Shown: positions 63,308 to 64,000 of the stretch, in pieces
How the letters are laid out: each line of letters begins with the position of its first letter
How positions within the stretch are numbered: the stretch's first letter is position 1
Source of the DNA: Octopus sinensis
Taxonomy: Eukaryota
NCBI RefSeq assembly: GCF_006345805.1
Contig: NC_042999.1
Location: forward strand, 157,108,001-157,172,000
DNA: 64,000 bases
Direction of reading: 5' to 3'
Translations under genes and position numbers: made by a program
The notes under the pieces: model-generated
Database searches by the model: none
Seen by the model: the letters and a program-made list of their open reading frames with translations, nothing else
What the model was told of the DNA's origin: nothing

Positions 63308-63697
63308 GGTGGAAGCACTCCGTCGGTTACGACGACGAGGGTTCCGGTTGATCCGAATCAACGGAACAGCCTGCTCGTGAAATTAACGTGTAAGTGGCTG
63401 AGCACTCCACAGACACGTGTACCCTTAACGTAGTTCTCGGGGATATTCAGCGTGACACAGAGAGTGACTAAGGCCGGTCCCTTGAAATACAGGTACAACA
63501 GAAACAGGAAGTAAGAGTGAGAGAAAGTTGTGGTGAAAGAGTACAGCAGGGATCACCACCATCCCCTGCCGGAGCCTCGTGGAGCTTTTAGGTATTTTCG
63601 CTCAATAAACACTCACAACACCCGGTCTGGGAATCGAAACTGCGATCCTATGACCGCGAGTCCGCTGCCCTAACCACTGGGCCATTGTGCCTCCACT
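63308..63697 (-). mobile_element. SINE family C, full length with 12-bp TSD
   Basis: TSD TGTAAACTAGTT. Confidence 0.9.
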
Positions 63698-63909
63698 TGT
63701 AAACTAGTTACAGTTCATATTACTATAGAAGATACTTATTCAATTGTAACTGATCACTACAATAAATCAGGAGTGCCATAAAATATACCAGCACTACCAT
63801 CCACATTCCAAGACTAACTAATACTGTCATCTAGCACATCAATGCCACTATTCAATGCCATTACTGCCATATTACTACTACTACTACTACTACCATACAC
63901 TAACTTTAA

Positions 63910-64000
63910 CCCTTTTGTTACCAACCCGGCTGAAACCAGCTCTGGTTCTGTAATACAAATATCTTGTTTTTGTAAGTTTTGAATTAAAATCTTCCACCAA
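63910..64000. mobile_element. piggyBac-like MITE (runs off window end)
   Basis: TTAA-CCCTTTTGTTACCAACCCGGCTGAAACC. Confidence 0.75.

Overview
AT-rich, microsatellite- and retroposon-dense animal genomic DNA, most consistent with an octopus or other coleoid cephalopod (inferred from SINE types and repeat content, not verified). One host gene could be assembled by eye on the + strand from five phase-compatible GT-AG exons (11911-12157, 26901-26949, 42036-42196, 56240-56297, 63077-63238; it continues past the window). It encodes a divergent Smad MH2-domain protein with no MH1 domain and Expansion/Rebuf-like spacing. Its 7-15 kb introns hold a nearly complete Penelope-like element (RT + GIY-YIG, inverted pseudo-LTRs, minimal hammerhead-like motif with an atypical core) and a young RTE-clade LINE with a C4HC3 PHD finger inside the RT region and a ~2.3 kb higher-order tandem array in its 3' UTR. 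The window (including ~12 kb upstream of the gene) also holds several hammerhead-bearing or foldback elements sitting in (TA)n tracts, about 35 SINE or LINE-tail copies, and DNA-transposon, MITE and Helitron-like remnants. Most ORFs in the supplied track are microsatellite or SINE artefacts. All family assignments are from recognised motifs only; no database search was run. Boundaries of decayed repeats are approximate.
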